DNA from: a candidate division WOR-3 bacterium
GTDB lineage: Bacteria > Hydrothermota > Tepidihabitantia > Tepidihabitantales > CAIPLT01
Assembly: GCA_039801485.1 (NCBI GenBank)
Contig: JBDRUR010000003.1
Coordinates: 1-46,637, forward strand
Direction: 5' to 3'
Length of the DNA stretch: 46,637 nt
Under the pieces are notes generated by a model. The model saw nothing but the letters and a program-made list of their open reading frames with translations. It made no database searches and had not been told where the DNA came from. A program made the translations under genes and the position numbers. This document shows, piece by piece, positions 45,901 to 46,637 of this stretch (the first letter of the stretch is position 1; each line of letters begins with the position of its first letter).

Positions 45901-46636
45901 AGCGGAAGAAGGAATCGACCGGAATAAAGTTGACACCATTAGTTGAATATTCTACTCGGACATAATCATAACAATCGTCATAATCATCATCGTGATACAT
46001 ATTGAATTTTAAAGAACAGGCAATTGGGATTGTCCCAAAGTTAAATCCCGGTGAAATTAACCGCGCATTATCGCCTTCAGAAGCATCATAACTGGGATAA
46101 CTTGCCATTCCTGAACCTTCATACGGATAACACTCGGGATTTTCATTATAACTTTTTCGTTGCCAGTTGTAATTGCCATTAATAATTACACTCTGCCAGC
46201 CTGATGGTGGAAATGTTATGTTATTAAATCCTTCGGATAATAGTAGGAAATGACTGCCGATATTGGTCAGTTGAACTTTTCGGTCATTAGCCGGATATTG
46301 GTCATTCGTAAGATTGGTGCGGACAATCAGCGAACATATTTCGGAAATAGTTGGTGTATAAGAGCCGACATTAACTTGAATAGAATCATTGGGTGCTAAG
46401 GTTGTTGTAACATAAACGGTATTGGTGTAGCGAACTGCTTTTGCTGAACCAATTACTGAACAGGTAACTGGAAAATTAGTTTGGGGATTACTACCATAGT
46501 TTTTTATCCAAACAGTAATCGGCATTAAGGTATTAAGAATATGACAACTGCCGGGCGAAATGATTCGGTTAACACCAACATCATTAGCCAATGGAATTTC
46601 TGTATATACTCGGACATAATCAATATTCATATTATT
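42983..46636 (-). CDS. Large secreted multidomain protein (cleaved-adhesin-like, CARDB-like, Ig/FN3-like repeats, T9SS/FlgD CTD); 5' end outside window
   Basis: Frame is open to the window edge. EGF...FPPSGW adhesin-like domain, DVG..I..P CARDB-like units, ISPNGGEIW, five Y(Y/F)WRV.A.D.A.N FN3-like units, and C-terminal PNPF...WNG.D...NGIYF...KKMLLLK. Confidence 0.9.
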   Translation of the reverse strand, partial: NNMNIDYVRVYTEIPLANDVGVNRIISPGSCHILNTLMPITVWIKNYGSNPQTNFPVTCSVIGSAKAVRYTNTVYVTTTLAPNDSIQVNVGSYTPTISEICSLIVRTNLTNDQYPANDRKVQLTNIGSHFLLLSEGFNNITFPPSGWQSVIINGNYNWQRKSYNENPECYPYEGSGMASYPSYDASEGDNARLISPGFNFGTIPIACSLKFNMYHDDDYDDCYDYVRVEYSTNGVNFIPVDSFFRYQPGPPAWAEHSIALGSFTGTFWLGIVGYSGYGNNINIDNVRLTGQAITNDVGIDAIIYPSTQHTVNTPMIPTARVKNYGSTTQTNFQVICSIVGISSDKILDDLKDNPKVNIQDNLLTDIIRYVDTLRISSLSAGETTRVSFRSWIPTIPEQCTVKIRTNLSGDQNPANDRKSVITEIIPATTVISPNGGEIWAGGTTKTIRWRAPQIYTRYVLLFSTNSGATYSDTIANNLLPTDSTYDWQVPMLNLRTCRIKLAIFDNLGNLVAQDASDADFTIDSEAPSIPILIAPANNAYLRDSMPCFRWHKSTDTNKENNPQLTIILPDMKNNNSIFSAEGHIALYISDGIANYQLQYAMNPSFIGAVQININDTFYQVPTRLIDTTYYWRVKAIDSAGNQSNWSSVWSFEIDTRAPNAPVLISPINGVWLTNTNVIFNWSQVTFGDNNIDVIARSVSDKAISPLIAKLTSITNKGKPESEFTSPVRYILQVDTNRNFTNPITDTTPYLYDTLTLTQAKYFWRVRAYDLAGNQGVFSSADSFGIDYTPPSVPNLVLPANNAILNDSFVRFYWNRSTDNVSGIKHYQIQIAKNSNFTNAFDTTVVDTTLLRKLTDTTYYWRVKAYDRANNQSNWSTTRSFEIDTRIPNAPVLISPINGIWLTNTNVIFNWSQVTFGDNNIDVIARSEGDKAILPLIAKLTSITNKDKPESELTSPIHYILQVDTNRNFTNPITDTTSYLYDTLTLTQAKYFWRVRAYDLAGNQGAFSSADSFGIDYTPPSVPNLISPANNAILNDSLVRFYWNHSTDNVSGIKHYQIQIAKNSNFTNAFDTTVVDTTLLRKLTDTTYYWRVKAYDRANNQSNWSTVWSFTVQTTGIEELTNIKTPSIFYLYHNRPNPFSNITEITYSIPIATKVKVTIFSATGEEIVVLINCLQKPGLYSVIWNGHDNAQNICPNGIYFYRLETKEFQTTKKMLLLK
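43839..43873 (-). repeat. REP/RPE-like palindromic element inside CDS, second copy
   Basis: GTCATTGCGAGAAGCGAAGGCGATAAAGCAATCTT; ATTGC...GCAAT inverted arms; translates as VIARSEGDKAIL. Confidence 0.7.
44526..44560 (-). repeat. REP/RPE-like palindromic element inside CDS, first copy
   Basis: GTCATTGCGAGAAGCGTAAGCGACAAAGCAATCTC; translates as VIARSVSDKAIS. Confidence 0.75.
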
Positions 46637-46637
46637 G

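Overview
AT-rich bacterial chromosomal window, mostly housekeeping genes. The combination of PorV, secreted proteins with T9SS-type C-terminal sorting domains and a V/A-type ATPase suggests an FCB-related lineage such as candidate WOR-3 (inference only). Left part: end of V-ATPase subunit D, VanZ-like, hisS, a large PAS/GAF histidine kinase with two stand-alone receivers, rpsO-pnp-M16 peptidase, archaeal-type alanine dehydrogenase, GT4/MFS/YjbQ/GT4, two Rmd/Gmd-family SDRs, rpmB, tRNA-Leu(CAG), a stand-alone fusA, a queuosine-precursor transporter and mfd. Right part: a T9SS-type cargo protein, a transglutaminase-domain protein, GT4 plus ABC-2 exporter, pdxA-like, GT2, porV, purA, hypB, MFS, a GT-B-like protein and a 5'-truncated multidomain T9SS cargo with a 687-bp tandem duplication. 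I saw no CRISPR array, transposase, integrase or reverse transcriptase. The main unexplained signals lie outside the ORF track. (1) A non-coding element occurs twice (25.6 and 30.4 kb): a near-perfect 18-bp palindrome CCCCGAATGCATTCGGGG followed by an array with an (A/G)G dinucleotide phased every 12 nt. The two copies bracket two secreted-protein genes. (2) A complete mini transcription unit encodes a 21-aa histone-H1-tail-like peptide next to the first copy. (3) A REP/RPE-like element is translated in frame inside the T9SS cargo. (4) Many promoters have a 16-bp -35/-10 spacer, and several starts look leaderless or non-canonical.
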